Positions 39,283 to 48,979 of a stretch of 64,000 nucleotides of DNA are shown here, one piece after another. How positions within the stretch are numbered: the stretch's first letter is position 1; every line of letters starts with the position of its first letter. The notes beneath the pieces are model-generated. The model was not told the origin of the DNA and made no database searches. It was given only the letters and a program-made list of their open reading frames with translations. Where the stretch lies: the NCBI GenBank assembly GCA_020348345.1, contig CP070748.1, positions 449,210 through 513,209 of the forward strand, written 5' to 3'. This DNA comes from Methanobacteriota archaeon (lineage in GTDB: Archaea > Thermoplasmatota > Thermoplasmata > UBA10834). Both the position numbers and the translations under genes were made by a program.

Positions 39283-39768
39283 CTATGCCTCAATGAGTTC
39301 CGCTACTATCTTCTCCACAATCGAGGGGACAGCGGCAGCCACATTCGGTGTGAGGCTCTCACTGACGTTGACGACGTCCGCCGCCTCGACAGCCACGAAT
39401 CGAATGTTGGATGGCATCCTATCCCCTACAAGACGCCTTCCGAGCGCCAAGGCCGTGGCTATATTGATGCCGTGAGGCGATGCGCCGTGGACGGTTCTCT
39501 CGAAGTCGCCTTCTTGCATCGTATGTAATTCCCCCGGGGTGCCGCTCTCGGTTACAATAGCGTCTATTATGACGACATTGTCGTAGTCCAGAACCATGTC
39601 GAGGAGTTCTAGGCCACTTGCCGGCAACTCCTCAACGTCCACACCTGGGAGGGCTCTCTCCTTCAACTTACGGGCGATGTGTATTCCGACGCCGTCATCG
39701 GAGAGAATCGGGTTTCCTACGCCAACAACAAGGGTCTTCTTGCGTCGGCCTTTGCCATTCAGTGTCAT
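39283..39768 (-). CDS. Hydrogenase maturation endopeptidase (HycI/HyaD/FrhD family)
   Basis: TLVVGVGNPILSDDGVGIHIARKL pattern; lies immediately downstream of mvhA. Confidence 0.85.
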   Translation of the reverse strand: MTLNGKGRRKKTLVVGVGNPILSDDGVGIHIARKLKERALPGVDVEELPASGLELLDMVLDYDNVVIIDAIVTESGTPGELHTMQEGDFERTVHGASPHGINIATALALGRRLVGDRMPSNIRFVAVEAADVVNVSESLTPNVAAAVPSIVEKIVAELIEA

Positions 39769-39846
39769 TTGGTGAGTCCTCTCATGCCGCTTCAACCTTA
39801 AGAAAAATATGTTGTCGAGGGGTGTAACCCCTCTTGTCTAAACCGA

Positions 39847-41361
39847 TTAGAAGTTTCTTAGAGTATCTAGCTTCGAACCATCCGCGCGCCTTACATTGAC
39901 CTCAAGCGCAGGCGATCCATTAAGCGCGTGCGTTCCGCAGGAGTTGCACGGGTCGTAGCATCGGAACGCCATCTCAACCTTGTTCAGAAGACCAGGGGAG
40001 ACCTCGCCGTTCTTGATCAAGGCTTTCGCCGCTTGGATAACGCTCGTGTTAATGGCCGCGTAGTTGTTCGTCGTTGCGACTATCATGTTGATCTTCGTGC
40101 ACAGGCCGTCTTTGTCCGAGGCATAGTGGTGTATCAGCGTTCCTCTCGGAGCCTCGCAGATACCTACGCCTTCGGTCGGCTCGTTGACCTCTCCGCGGAT
40201 ATCATCGCTCGTTATGCTCTTGTCGCTGGCTAGTTCAAGCATCCTTTCAGTGGCGTACTGCAGCTCGATGACCCTCGCCCAGTGGAATGCTAGTGTGTGG
40301 TGAACCGGACCTGTCACACCAAGGTCCTTGACCGTCTTTGCCAGCGCTTCATACTCCGCCTGAGCGAGCGGAGTCGTGTAGCCTTCGCAGACATTGATTC
40401 TCCCTAGCGGTCCCACTCTGTAGATGCCGCTCGAAGGTCCGGCCGTGAAGCCGGTCCATCCTACCTGCTTCAGGAATGGCATCTTCATGTAGGTCCAGGG
40501 TTCGACATGCTCGGCGATAACATCCAGATATTCGCTTGGCTTGTACTTCACGACCTCTTTGCCCTCCTGGTCTACAACGCGTATGTCTCCATCGTAGAAG
40601 TTCGTCTTGTTGTCGCTATCGACCATTCCCATGTAGTAGGTCTCGAGGTAGTACGCGTCCTGGTTTAGAACGAGGCCCATGTAGTCCTGGTTGGCCAGCA
40701 CAACGTCGTGCAGCAGCTTGATGGTGAATTTGCCGAACTCCACGCACGACTTCGCCATCTCCTCCATCTGGGCGCGCTCCTCCTCGCTGATCTGCTTGGA
40801 CACGCCTCCAGGGAGACCGAAGCACGGATGCGTGGCCCTCCCGCCGACGATTTCCTGTACCTTCTGACCATACGAACGGTGCTTGATCACCTCTGCGCCG
40901 ATATCGACTCCGACTGCATCAACCACTCCAAGCACGTTCCGCTTGTTCGAGGGTGCGGACGGGCCGAGAACGAAGTCCGGCGCTGCGAGCGCGTAGAAGT
41001 GCGCAATGTGGCTATGGGTGTACTGTCCCATGTAGAACAGCTCTCTGAGCTTCTTCGCCGTCTCGGTAGGCTTTGCATCGAACACAGCATCGAGAGCCTT
41101 GGTCGATGCTATATGATGCGCAGCCGGACACACTCCGCACAGTCTGTTGGTGAGCACCGGCAATTCCTGCACGTGTCTGCCTATACAGAATCGTTCGAAT
41201 CCTCTCAGTTCAGGAACCTGTAGATATGCGTTCGCGACGTTTCCCTCGTCGTTCAGAAATATCTCTATCTTGCCGTGTCCCTCAAGCCTCGTGATCGGGT
41301 CGATCGTTATCTTCTTCTCCGTCGTCTTTGTGGGCGTGTCGTTGATGATTGGTCCTGACAT
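39847..41361 (-). CDS. mvhA: [NiFe] hydrogenase large subunit, Mvh/Vhu type (F420-non-reducing)
   Basis: N-terminal RLEGHG and L1 RLCGVC; C-terminal Ni-binding DPCNSCGTH; no in-frame TGA, so it is the Cys form rather than the Sec form. Confidence 0.9.
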   Translation of the reverse strand: MSGPIINDTPTKTTEKKITIDPITRLEGHGKIEIFLNDEGNVANAYLQVPELRGFERFCIGRHVQELPVLTNRLCGVCPAAHHIASTKALDAVFDAKPTETAKKLRELFYMGQYTHSHIAHFYALAAPDFVLGPSAPSNKRNVLGVVDAVGVDIGAEVIKHRSYGQKVQEIVGGRATHPCFGLPGGVSKQISEEERAQMEEMAKSCVEFGKFTIKLLHDVVLANQDYMGLVLNQDAYYLETYYMGMVDSDNKTNFYDGDIRVVDQEGKEVVKYKPSEYLDVIAEHVEPWTYMKMPFLKQVGWTGFTAGPSSGIYRVGPLGRINVCEGYTTPLAQAEYEALAKTVKDLGVTGPVHHTLAFHWARVIELQYATERMLELASDKSITSDDIRGEVNEPTEGVGICEAPRGTLIHHYASDKDGLCTKINMIVATTNNYAAINTSVIQAAKALIKNGEVSPGLLNKVEMAFRCYDPCNSCGTHALNGSPALEVNVRRADGSKLDTLRNF

Positions 41362-41367
41362 ATAGCA

Positions 41368-42384
41368 TCACCCCTTCCTCTTGCGTTTCTCGGTCACAGT
41401 TCTCTTGAGCAGCGACTTCGGCAGTGTGAAGGCATAGAATGTCCCGAGTGGGTCCTTCACCTGCATCATTAGTTCCATTATCTGCTCCTCACTTAACTTT
41501 GACTCCGAATCCGTGATGTTCAGCAGCGACGACAGCGCGCTCAGCATACTCCCGCCGTGGTCCATGACCGCCTTCGTCGGGCCCATGCAACCCCTGCAGG
41601 GCATGTTGGCTTTCGGGCACATCGAGCCGCATCCAGCTCTCGTCGCTGGGCCAATGCAGATGATCCCCTGATCGAGAAGGCACTTCTTCGGGTCCGCCTT
41701 GATCTCGTATGACTGGTAGATCTTCTCGATCCGTCTTCCCGTCTCGACGCGCTCGCGGTCGCACTCGTCGCACAGGGTCTTGTCCGAAGCGATAACAGCG
41801 CCTTTGGGTGGCAGATCCGCCCCCTCTGTGACGTGCTTCGCCACTGCATCCACTGCCAGAGCGATGAGGTTCACCGTCGGCGGGCATCCCGGCATGAAGT
41901 AGTCCACATCCACAACCTCGTCAAGGGTTTTGACGCTGTCATAGAATTCCGGGAGGTCCAATTCGCCCTCGGGCACCTTCAGCTGTGTCTGAGGCGTTAC
42001 GAAATCGGGGTTGTCCGTCGAGGCGGTGTCCTTGTAGACCGTCTGGAAGACCTCCTTCTTGTTCGTTACATTTGCCAAGCCTGGCGTCCCACCGAAGCAG
42101 GCGCACGATCCAAACGCAATCATCACCGCCGACTTCTCCCGAAGCACCTTCGCCACATGCTCGTTTTCGCTGTTACGTATCGCACCGTTGTAGAACGATA
42201 CGGTGATCGATTTGTCTGGCATAGCCTCTATCTCGGAGAGTTTCCCGTCGAATCCGATCGGCCAGAATACCACCTCGGCTATGGCATGCACATCCAGTAT
42301 CTTCGCATCTATATCCAGCAGGGCAACGTCGCATCCTCCGCAACCAGCCCCCCAGTACTGCGCTATCTTGATCTTGTCTGCCAT
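41368..42384 (-). CDS. mvhG: [NiFe] hydrogenase small subunit, Mvh type
   Basis: N-terminal AQYWGAGCGGC; Fe-S cysteine clusters throughout. Confidence 0.9.
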   Translation of the reverse strand: MADKIKIAQYWGAGCGGCDVALLDIDAKILDVHAIAEVVFWPIGFDGKLSEIEAMPDKSITVSFYNGAIRNSENEHVAKVLREKSAVMIAFGSCACFGGTPGLANVTNKKEVFQTVYKDTASTDNPDFVTPQTQLKVPEGELDLPEFYDSVKTLDEVVDVDYFMPGCPPTVNLIALAVDAVAKHVTEGADLPPKGAVIASDKTLCDECDRERVETGRRIEKIYQSYEIKADPKKCLLDQGIICIGPATRAGCGSMCPKANMPCRGCMGPTKAVMDHGGSMLSALSSLLNITDSESKLSEEQIMELMMQVKDPLGTFYAFTLPKSLLKRTVTEKRKRKG

Positions 42385-42385
42385 C

Positions 42386-42769
42386 TCAGCTCACCTCCTC
42401 GTTCGAAGGTTGGCTTCTCGGAACAGCCTTGTACTGCGGCGACTGTCCGGTCGTGCCGACCTGCTCGATCATCCTCCACCTCTTCAGGGCAATGATGTGC
42501 TGGACGATCTCCGGCTTCGATATGCCCGTCGCGTCGTGCAGCTCGTGCACGGTTCTGGGCTGCTGTTCCATCTGGAGGAGCAGCATGTTTCGCTCCAACT
42601 CCACGGCGGCCGCCTTCTGGAGTATGAAGCTGTATCTCGCATCCGTGATCGTCTCGCCGAACACGTTCTCGCCGGTCGTCAGCGTCTCCTTCTTGCCGAG
42701 GAGCCACCGTATGCGCTCGCCCTCGAGGGTTTTGAGCGCAGCCCGTATCTTGACGTTCCGCGAAGTCAT
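42386..42769 (-). CDS. Winged-helix-like protein homologous to the C-terminal extension of the fused MvhD at 46268..47092; offset by 2 nt from the upstream mvhD
   Basis: FRLKALVGKEFNLLSKGNAYGEEV... (fused copy) aligns with RIRWLLGKKETLTTGENVFGET... (this ORF); wHTH-like segment TVHELHDATGISKPEIVQHIIALKRWRMI. Confidence 0.55.
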   Translation of the reverse strand: MTSRNVKIRAALKTLEGERIRWLLGKKETLTTGENVFGETITDARYSFILQKAAAVELERNMLLLQMEQQPRTVHELHDATGISKPEIVQHIIALKRWRMIEQVGTTGQSPQYKAVPRSQPSNEEVS

Positions 42770-42771
42770 CT

Positions 42772-43233
42772 TCAGTCACCACCTCTGACAGGGGACGGGC
42801 CCAGCTCGTTGACAACGTCCGTGAACTCCACTATCGTCTTCTGGAACCTCTCCCCCTCGCCGGCGGATATCCACTCGAGCTTCAATCGTCCAGGATCGAA
42901 GCCGAACTGCTGAAGCAGTATCCTCAGGAGAGCGATCCTCCTGCGAGTCCTGTAGTTACCTCCGATGTAGTGACAGTCCGCCGGATGGCACCCAGCGACC
43001 AGCACTCCGTCCGCGCCCTTCTGGAACGCTCTCAGAACGAACTCCGGGTCCACTCTCGCGGAGCACATGACCCTGATCACCCTGAAGTGAGGGGGCATCT
43101 GTAATCTGCTTACGCCTGCCAGGTCCGCGCCCGCGTATGAACACCAGTTGCAGCAGAATACGAGGATCCTTGGTTCGAAATCCTCCTGTTCCAACTTGTG
43201 CTCGCCTCCTGCATTTGGGGTCGCACTGCTCAT
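42772..43233 (-). CDS. mvhD: MvhD-like [2Fe-2S] electron-transfer subunit
   Basis: [15 protein letters not shown]...CSARV...[17 protein letters not shown] signature. Confidence 0.85.
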   Translation of the reverse strand: MSSATPNAGGEHKLEQEDFEPRILVFCCNWCSYAGADLAGVSRLQMPPHFRVIRVMCSARVDPEFVLRAFQKGADGVLVAGCHPADCHYIGGNYRTRRRIALLRILLQQFGFDPGRLKLEWISAGEGERFQKTIVEFTDVVNELGPSPVRGGD

Positions 43234-46200
43234 TGCTTCACCTCCTGCTTTCCGAGGAGCCCCTCAAGCGCCGCATCGATCATAGCCACGATCTGCTCGT
43301 CTTTGAATCCCTTCTGTGTCAACGCACCTGACGGGCACGCGCCCACGCACGCGCCACAGCCCTTGCACAGGCCCACGTTGACATCTACGAGCTTCTTAGT
43401 CTCGTCCTTCTTGTCGACGATGATCTCGAGCGCCTTGTATTCGCATGTCGGGACGCAGATGCCGCAGCCGTCGCAGAGAGTCTCATCCAAACTCGCCACT
43501 ATGCCTTCGGCTTCAAGAGTCTTCTTGGACAGTACCGTCATCGCGCGCGCAACGGCGGCGAGACCCTGCCCGATGCTCTCATCGAGGAATTTGGGTCCGT
43601 GCGACAGGCCTGCCAGATAAACCCCCTCCGTCGCGAAGTCGACTGGCCTCAGCTTCATGTGCGCCTCGAGGAAGAAGCCCTCCTTGGTCATCGGGACCTT
43701 GAGCATCGGCGCGAGCGCCTCCGACTCCGGATAGGGCCGTGTGCCCGATGCGAGCACGAGGTAATCGGAGGTCAGGACGACCTCCTTGTCCGTGTCCTCA
43801 TCGGTGACCGTAACCTGCAGCTTGCCTCCCTTGTCCTCGACCTTCGGCTTGACGTCGTCCTCGAACCTGATGAACGTCACGCCCTTCTCGGCCGCGTCCT
43901 TATAGTAGGCCTCTCTGAAACCGTAGGTCCGGATGTCCCTGTAGAGAACGTACACCTTCGCCTCGGGGTTCTTCTCCTTTACCTTGATCGCCGCGGTCAT
44001 CGTTCCTGTGCAGCAGACACGCGAACAGTTCGGATGTCCCTCTTCTCTGGAGCCAACACACTGGATGAACACGTACGAATCGCCCTTGGCCTCGTCCTTC
44101 TTGAGCTTCTCCTTGAACTCGAGAAGTGTGAGCACGTTGGGGTTCTCGCCATAGAGATACTCTCCCTCCGGCTTGTACTCCTGACCGCCCACTGCCAGTA
44201 TAACGACGCCGTGCTCGATCTCCTCTCCGCTGTCGAGCGCGGTCTTGAAGTTCCCCACGTATCCGTCTATATTCTTCACTCCGGTGCCGGTGTGCACGGT
44301 GATGTTGTCGTTCGACATGACCTCCTTGGCCAGCGCATCCGCATGCTCTGTCGGGTCCTCGCCGGACGGCAGATAGTGTAGCTTGCGCAAGTTGCCTCCG
44401 AGCTCCTTCTCCTTCTCGACCAGATGCACCTTCACTCCCTGCTTCGCCATCTCGAGCGCGGCGATCATCCCGGTAGCGCCTCCACCTATTACCAGAGCCT
44501 GTTGGTTCACATCGATGGTCAGGTTCTCCAGTGGCTCCAGCAGCCGGGCCTTCGCCACAGCCATTCGAACCAGGTCCTTCGCCTTCTTCGTGGCAGCCGG
44601 CGCCTCGTGCATGTGGATCCATGAGCACTGGTCCCGTATGTTCGCCATCTCGAACAGATACGAGTTCAGGCCCGCCTCCTTGATGGTGTTCTGGAAGAGC
44701 GGCTCATGCGTCCGGGGCGTGCAGCTCGCCACGACGACCCGGTTGAGCTCGTGCTCCTTGATCATCTCCTTTATCTTCTCCTGGGTATCCTGCGAGCAGG
44801 TGTACAGATTCTCCTCGGCGTATGCGACGTTCGGGAGCGTCCTGGCGTACTCGGCGACTGATGGAACGTTCACCACGCCTCCGATGTTTATGCCGCAGTG
44901 ACATACAAAGACGCCTATGCGAGGCTCCTGGCCCGTTATGTCCAGCTCCTCAGGGTATTCCTTCATGGTGACCAGGCTGTCCCTTGCGGAGGCTATCTCG
45001 GTGGCGGCCTTTGCCGCAGCGCCACTCGCCTCGGCGACGGTCATCGGGATGTCCTTGGGAGATGAGAACGCTCCGCTGACGAAGACGCCCTGCTTGGAAG
45101 AGCTGACCGGGTCGAATACCGTGGTCCGGCAGAAACCGTCCGTGTTCAGATCGAAGCCCATGACCTTGCTCAGAGCCTCCGCGTCCTGCGGCGGCTTCAG
45201 TCCAACGGCGAGAACCACCAGGCCGAATTCCTCCTCCTTCGGTTCGCCCTTCTCGACATACTTGACGACCAGGTTCTTCGTCTCTGGATCCTCGAAGACG
45301 GATGCGACCCTCGAACGCACAAACTCTATGCCGTACTCGTTCTGCGCCCTGTTGTAGTACTCGTCAAACTCCTTGCCAAACGCCCTCATGTCCATGAAGA
45401 ACACCTTGGGCTTGATGTCTCCTCCATGCTCCTTGGCGATTATCGCTTCCTTGATCGAGTACATGCAGCAGACGCCCGAGCAGTACTCGTTTCCGACCTG
45501 CTCGTCCCTCGAGCCCACGCACTGTATGAACGCGATCTTCTCGGGTATGTCTCCATCCGAAGGGCGCAATACGGTGCCGAAGTAGGGCCCCGTGGCGCTG
45601 AGCATCCTCTCGAACTCGATGCTGGTCACGACGTTCTTGTAGACGCCGTATCCGTATTCTCCCTTCATGCGAGCGTCGAACTCGTCGAAGCCTGGAGACA
45701 GTATGATGGAACCCACCTTGATCTCCGAGGTGCTCTCCTCCTGATCGTATACGACCGCCTTGGCCTTGCACTCCTCCGCGCAGATGCCGCAGCCGATGCA
45801 CTTGTCCTTGTCGATGGAGTACACCAGAGGAACCGCCTGCGGGTAGCGGACGTATATCGCCTTGCGAACCTTCGTGTTCTCGTTGTACTCGTCAGAGGTC
45901 TCGATCGGGCAAGTCTGTGCGCACGAACCGCAGCCCGTGCACTTCGCTGGGTCTACCCTCAACGCCCTCTGCTTGACAGTGACGGTGAAATCGCCCGCCT
46001 GGCCGTCCACTGACATGATGTCCGCGTTCGTGACCAGGCTTATGTTGTGGTGTCTTCCCGTCGACACGAGCTTCGGCGCCATGATGCACATCGCACAGTC
46101 GTTCGTCGGGAAGGTCTTGTCCAACTGGGCCATCGTGCCTCCTATGCTGGGCTGCTTCTCGACGAGATATACCTTGAATCCGGAGTCGGCTAGGTCAAGG

Positions 46201-46271
46201 GCGGATTGCAGGCCTGATATCCCTCCTCCGACCACCATGACTGCGCCAACCTTGTCAGTAGCTGCCATCAC
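43230..46271 (-). CDS. hdrA: Extended heterodisulfide-reductase subunit A homolog (about 1013 aa) with an extra N-terminal FAD/NAD(P)-binding module
   Basis: The N-terminal part (VMVVGGGISGLQSALDLA...TFPTNDCAMCI) precedes a complete canonical HdrA. That core contains [30 protein letters not shown] and C-terminal ferredoxin CDGCGIC/CKGCGAC. Confidence 0.85.
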   Translation of the reverse strand: MMAATDKVGAVMVVGGGISGLQSALDLADSGFKVYLVEKQPSIGGTMAQLDKTFPTNDCAMCIMAPKLVSTGRHHNISLVTNADIMSVDGQAGDFTVTVKQRALRVDPAKCTGCGSCAQTCPIETSDEYNENTKVRKAIYVRYPQAVPLVYSIDKDKCIGCGICAEECKAKAVVYDQEESTSEIKVGSIILSPGFDEFDARMKGEYGYGVYKNVVTSIEFERMLSATGPYFGTVLRPSDGDIPEKIAFIQCVGSRDEQVGNEYCSGVCCMYSIKEAIIAKEHGGDIKPKVFFMDMRAFGKEFDEYYNRAQNEYGIEFVRSRVASVFEDPETKNLVVKYVEKGEPKEEEFGLVVLAVGLKPPQDAEALSKVMGFDLNTDGFCRTTVFDPVSSSKQGVFVSGAFSSPKDIPMTVAEASGAAAKAATEIASARDSLVTMKEYPEELDITGQEPRIGVFVCHCGINIGGVVNVPSVAEYARTLPNVAYAEENLYTCSQDTQEKIKEMIKEHELNRVVVASCTPRTHEPLFQNTIKEAGLNSYLFEMANIRDQCSWIHMHEAPAATKKAKDLVRMAVAKARLLEPLENLTIDVNQQALVIGGGATGMIAALEMAKQGVKVHLVEKEKELGGNLRKLHYLPSGEDPTEHADALAKEVMSNDNITVHTGTGVKNIDGYVGNFKTALDSGEEIEHGVVILAVGGQEYKPEGEYLYGENPNVLTLLEFKEKLKKDEAKGDSYVFIQCVGSREEGHPNCSRVCCTGTMTAAIKVKEKNPEAKVYVLYRDIRTYGFREAYYKDAAEKGVTFIRFEDDVKPKVEDKGGKLQVTVTDEDTDKEVVLTSDYLVLASGTRPYPESEALAPMLKVPMTKEGFFLEAHMKLRPVDFATEGVYLAGLSHGPKFLDESIGQGLAAVARAMTVLSKKTLEAEGIVASLDETLCDGCGICVPTCEYKALEIIVDKKDETKKLVDVNVGLCKGCGACVGACPSGALTQKGFKDEQIVAMIDAALEGLLGKQEVKQ

Positions 46272-47092
46272 TGCTCACCCCCAATTGCGATGGTCTTGTA
46301 GACCGGAGTGAATCCCTCCGGGTGCTCCATCGCGATCTTGCTGTTCTGCCTAAGCAGAACGATGTGTCTGAGTATCTTGTCGGTAGGGACGTCCATGACC
46401 ATGCCCAACTGCTTGACCGACATCGGCCGTATCCTCGCGAGTTCAAGTATGAGCGCCCTCTCGAACTCGTCCTGGGTAGCCACGTCTATTACGCCAGTCA
46501 GCTTCTCAGCGTCCACCTCCTCACCGTACGCGTTCCCTTTTGAGAGAAGATTGAACTCCTTGCCGACCAGAGCCTTCAGCCTGAATGTCTGGGAAGCGTC
46601 GTCGGCGGCGGAGACCTTCGCCTTCATCATGTCGTCCGAACGCACCTTGCTGGGTCCCAGCTTCTGTATCCCCTCCGTGAACTCAGTGACCACCTTGGAG
46701 AACTTCTCGCCTTCGGATGCAGAGACCCATTCGAGCCTCAGCCTGCCTTCGTCAATCCCCGCCTCCTTGAGGAGCCTCTTCATGAGTTCCACGCGCTTCT
46801 CGGTGTGGAAGTTGCCTGTCATGTAGTGGCAGTCGTTGAGGTGGCAGCCTCCGATGAGTATCCCGTCGGCACCCGCCTCAAAGACGTCGAGCACCAGGTG
46901 CGGGCTCACTCTCGTGGAGCACATGACCCTGACGAGACGTATGTTCGTCGGATACTGGAATCTGCTTACTCCACATAGGTCCGCGCCGGCGTACGAGCAC
47001 CAGTTGCATAGGAAGCCGACAATCTTCGGCTCCCACTCCTTGTCCGGCTCGTGCTTCTTGCCGTGATGAGCGGTGTGATGCTTTTGCGCCAT
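46268..47092 (-). CDS. MvhD fused to a C-terminal wHTH-like domain
   Basis: MvhD signature ([15 protein letters not shown]...GGCHLNDCHY) over about 140 aa, then a roughly 130 aa domain (LARIRPMSVKQLGMVMDVPTDKILRHIVLLRQNSKI) homologous to ORF 42386..42769. Confidence 0.8.
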   Translation of the reverse strand: MAQKHHTAHHGKKHEPDKEWEPKIVGFLCNWCSYAGADLCGVSRFQYPTNIRLVRVMCSTRVSPHLVLDVFEAGADGILIGGCHLNDCHYMTGNFHTEKRVELMKRLLKEAGIDEGRLRLEWVSASEGEKFSKVVTEFTEGIQKLGPSKVRSDDMMKAKVSAADDASQTFRLKALVGKEFNLLSKGNAYGEEVDAEKLTGVIDVATQDEFERALILELARIRPMSVKQLGMVMDVPTDKILRHIVLLRQNSKIAMEHPEGFTPVYKTIAIGGEQ

Positions 47093-47095
47093 CTA

Positions 47096-48973
47096 TCACA
47101 CCTCCTCCAAGGCCGCTTTGGCCTCCGCAAGCAGCTGCTGGTCGGTGTAATGCGTCATTGTGATCGCCCCCTCCGGGCATGTGGCGCCGCAGCAACCGCA
47201 GCCCTTGCACGCGGCGACGATAACCTCGCTGATGCCATCGTCGTTCTTTCTCAGAGCGCCGTACGGGCACACCTCGACGCATGTTCCGCAGCCGGTACAT
47301 TTCGTCTCATCGACTCTCGATGTGAGAGCCTCGGCCTGAACGTAACCGTTCGCGAGAGGTATCGCCGCTCTTGAGGCAGCGGCCGAAGCCTGGGATGCCG
47401 CCTCTGCGATGTCCGCCGGTCCTCTGCAGGTTCCGCACACATAGACGCCGTCCGTCGCGAAGTCGACCGGTCTCAGCTTGACATGTGCCTCCTGGAAGAA
47501 GCCGTCCTGGCCCAATGGCACCTTGAGCAGCTGGGACAGAGTGGCGGCGTCTGGCTGTGACACGAGCGGGGTAGAGAGTATGACCATATCAACCGGCATG
47601 GTCCTCTCCATCTTCAGCGTCTCGTGGAAATATCCAACCTCGAGCTTCCCGTCCTTCGTTGATACCTTCGGGAGGTTGTCCGGCAAGTATCTGATGAACT
47701 TGACCCTCTTTTCTCTGGCCTTGTTGAACTCCAGCTCGTGTTCGACGCCATACGCCATCACGTCCCTGTTGAACACCGTGATCTCCACTCCGCTGGATGG
47801 GGCACCGCCTTCGTCGGCAGCCTCGTCGGCCTCTCGCCTGCCTCTGCCGCGTCTCCTTCGCCTCCTCTCAAGTCCCTCATCCTCCGCCTTCATCTCGGCA
47901 GCAGGTTCCTCGACGACCTGGCCGGCTTCCGCCTCTGCCTTCTCCTCGGTCGCGCCGAGCATGTTGTCTCGGTTCTCAGCTATGTTGATCGCCGTCTTGA
48001 TTGCGACATTGCAGCAGATCCTGGAGCAGTACGAGACCTTCTGTCCTCTTGCTCCAGCGCATTGTATGAAAGCGACGCTCTTCAGCTTGGGAATCTCCTT
48101 CTTGTTGCAGAGTTCCTCGAATTCCATGGACGTGACGACGTTCGGATGTTCCTTGTAACCGAACAGGCCCTCCGGTACCAGCGGGATCGCGCCCGTGGCA
48201 ACGATGATGGCGCCCACCTTGACCTCCTTGGACTCAGATCCTTCTGTGCCTATGGAGACATCGTAATTCCCTATGAATCCCTCCACGGTCGCAACGTGCG
48301 AGTTGACGTACTGTGTGATGTTCTTCTGGGCGTTCACCTTGTCGATGAGTGGCTGAATGGCCTCGTTTGCGCTCTTCTTCGTCATCATCAGACCGTGCAG
48401 GTTCTTCACAAATCCTCCGAGTTCCTTCTCCTTCTCGACCAGATGCACGGGGAATCCCATGTTAGCGAGCGAAAGCGCTGCCGTCATTCCGGCAACTCCG
48501 CCTCCGACGACGAGAGCGGCAGGCGTAACATCGATCTTCGTCTCCTCCTGAGGCTCCAGGAATCGAGCCCTCGCCACGCCCATCCTTACCAGGTCCTTGG
48601 CCTTCTGGGTCGCCTTCTCCTTCTCCTTCATGTGAACCCATGAACAGTGCTCACGTATGTTGACGAAAGTGAACATGTACTTGTTTACGCCAGCAGCCTC
48701 GCACGTGCGCTGGAATAGCGGGGCATGAGTCCGCGGTGTGCAGCTCGAGACCACCACTCTGTCCAGGTTGTGCTCTTTGATGCTCTCCTTGATGTTATTG
48801 AGGCCGTCCTCGGCACATGTGTAGAGGTTGTCTGTGGCGTACACGACGTCCGGAAGGGTCGACGCGTACTCGGTCACGGCCTTGACATCGACGAATCCGC
48901 CTATGTTCGAGCCGCAGTGGCAGATGAATACTCCGATCCGTGGCTTCTTCTCAATGTTTGTGTCTTCGGGCAT
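47096..48973 (-). CDS. Divergent HdrA-like flavoprotein with an Arg/Glu-rich low-complexity insertion
   Basis: PRIGVFICHCGSNIGG N-domain and LVVGGGVAGMTAA FAD motif, but GGFVKNLHG replaces [16 protein letters not shown]; insertion AEAEAGQVVEEPAAEMKAEDEGLERRRRRRGRGRREADEAADEGG; C-terminal 2x[4Fe-4S] ferredoxin. Confidence 0.7.
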   Translation of the reverse strand: MPEDTNIEKKPRIGVFICHCGSNIGGFVDVKAVTEYASTLPDVVYATDNLYTCAEDGLNNIKESIKEHNLDRVVVSSCTPRTHAPLFQRTCEAAGVNKYMFTFVNIREHCSWVHMKEKEKATQKAKDLVRMGVARARFLEPQEETKIDVTPAALVVGGGVAGMTAALSLANMGFPVHLVEKEKELGGFVKNLHGLMMTKKSANEAIQPLIDKVNAQKNITQYVNSHVATVEGFIGNYDVSIGTEGSESKEVKVGAIIVATGAIPLVPEGLFGYKEHPNVVTSMEFEELCNKKEIPKLKSVAFIQCAGARGQKVSYCSRICCNVAIKTAINIAENRDNMLGATEEKAEAEAGQVVEEPAAEMKAEDEGLERRRRRRGRGRREADEAADEGGAPSSGVEITVFNRDVMAYGVEHELEFNKAREKRVKFIRYLPDNLPKVSTKDGKLEVGYFHETLKMERTMPVDMVILSTPLVSQPDAATLSQLLKVPLGQDGFFQEAHVKLRPVDFATDGVYVCGTCRGPADIAEAASQASAAASRAAIPLANGYVQAEALTSRVDETKCTGCGTCVEVCPYGALRKNDDGISEVIVAACKGCGCCGATCPEGAITMTHYTDQQLLAEAKAALEEV

Positions 48974-48979
48974 GTCTGT

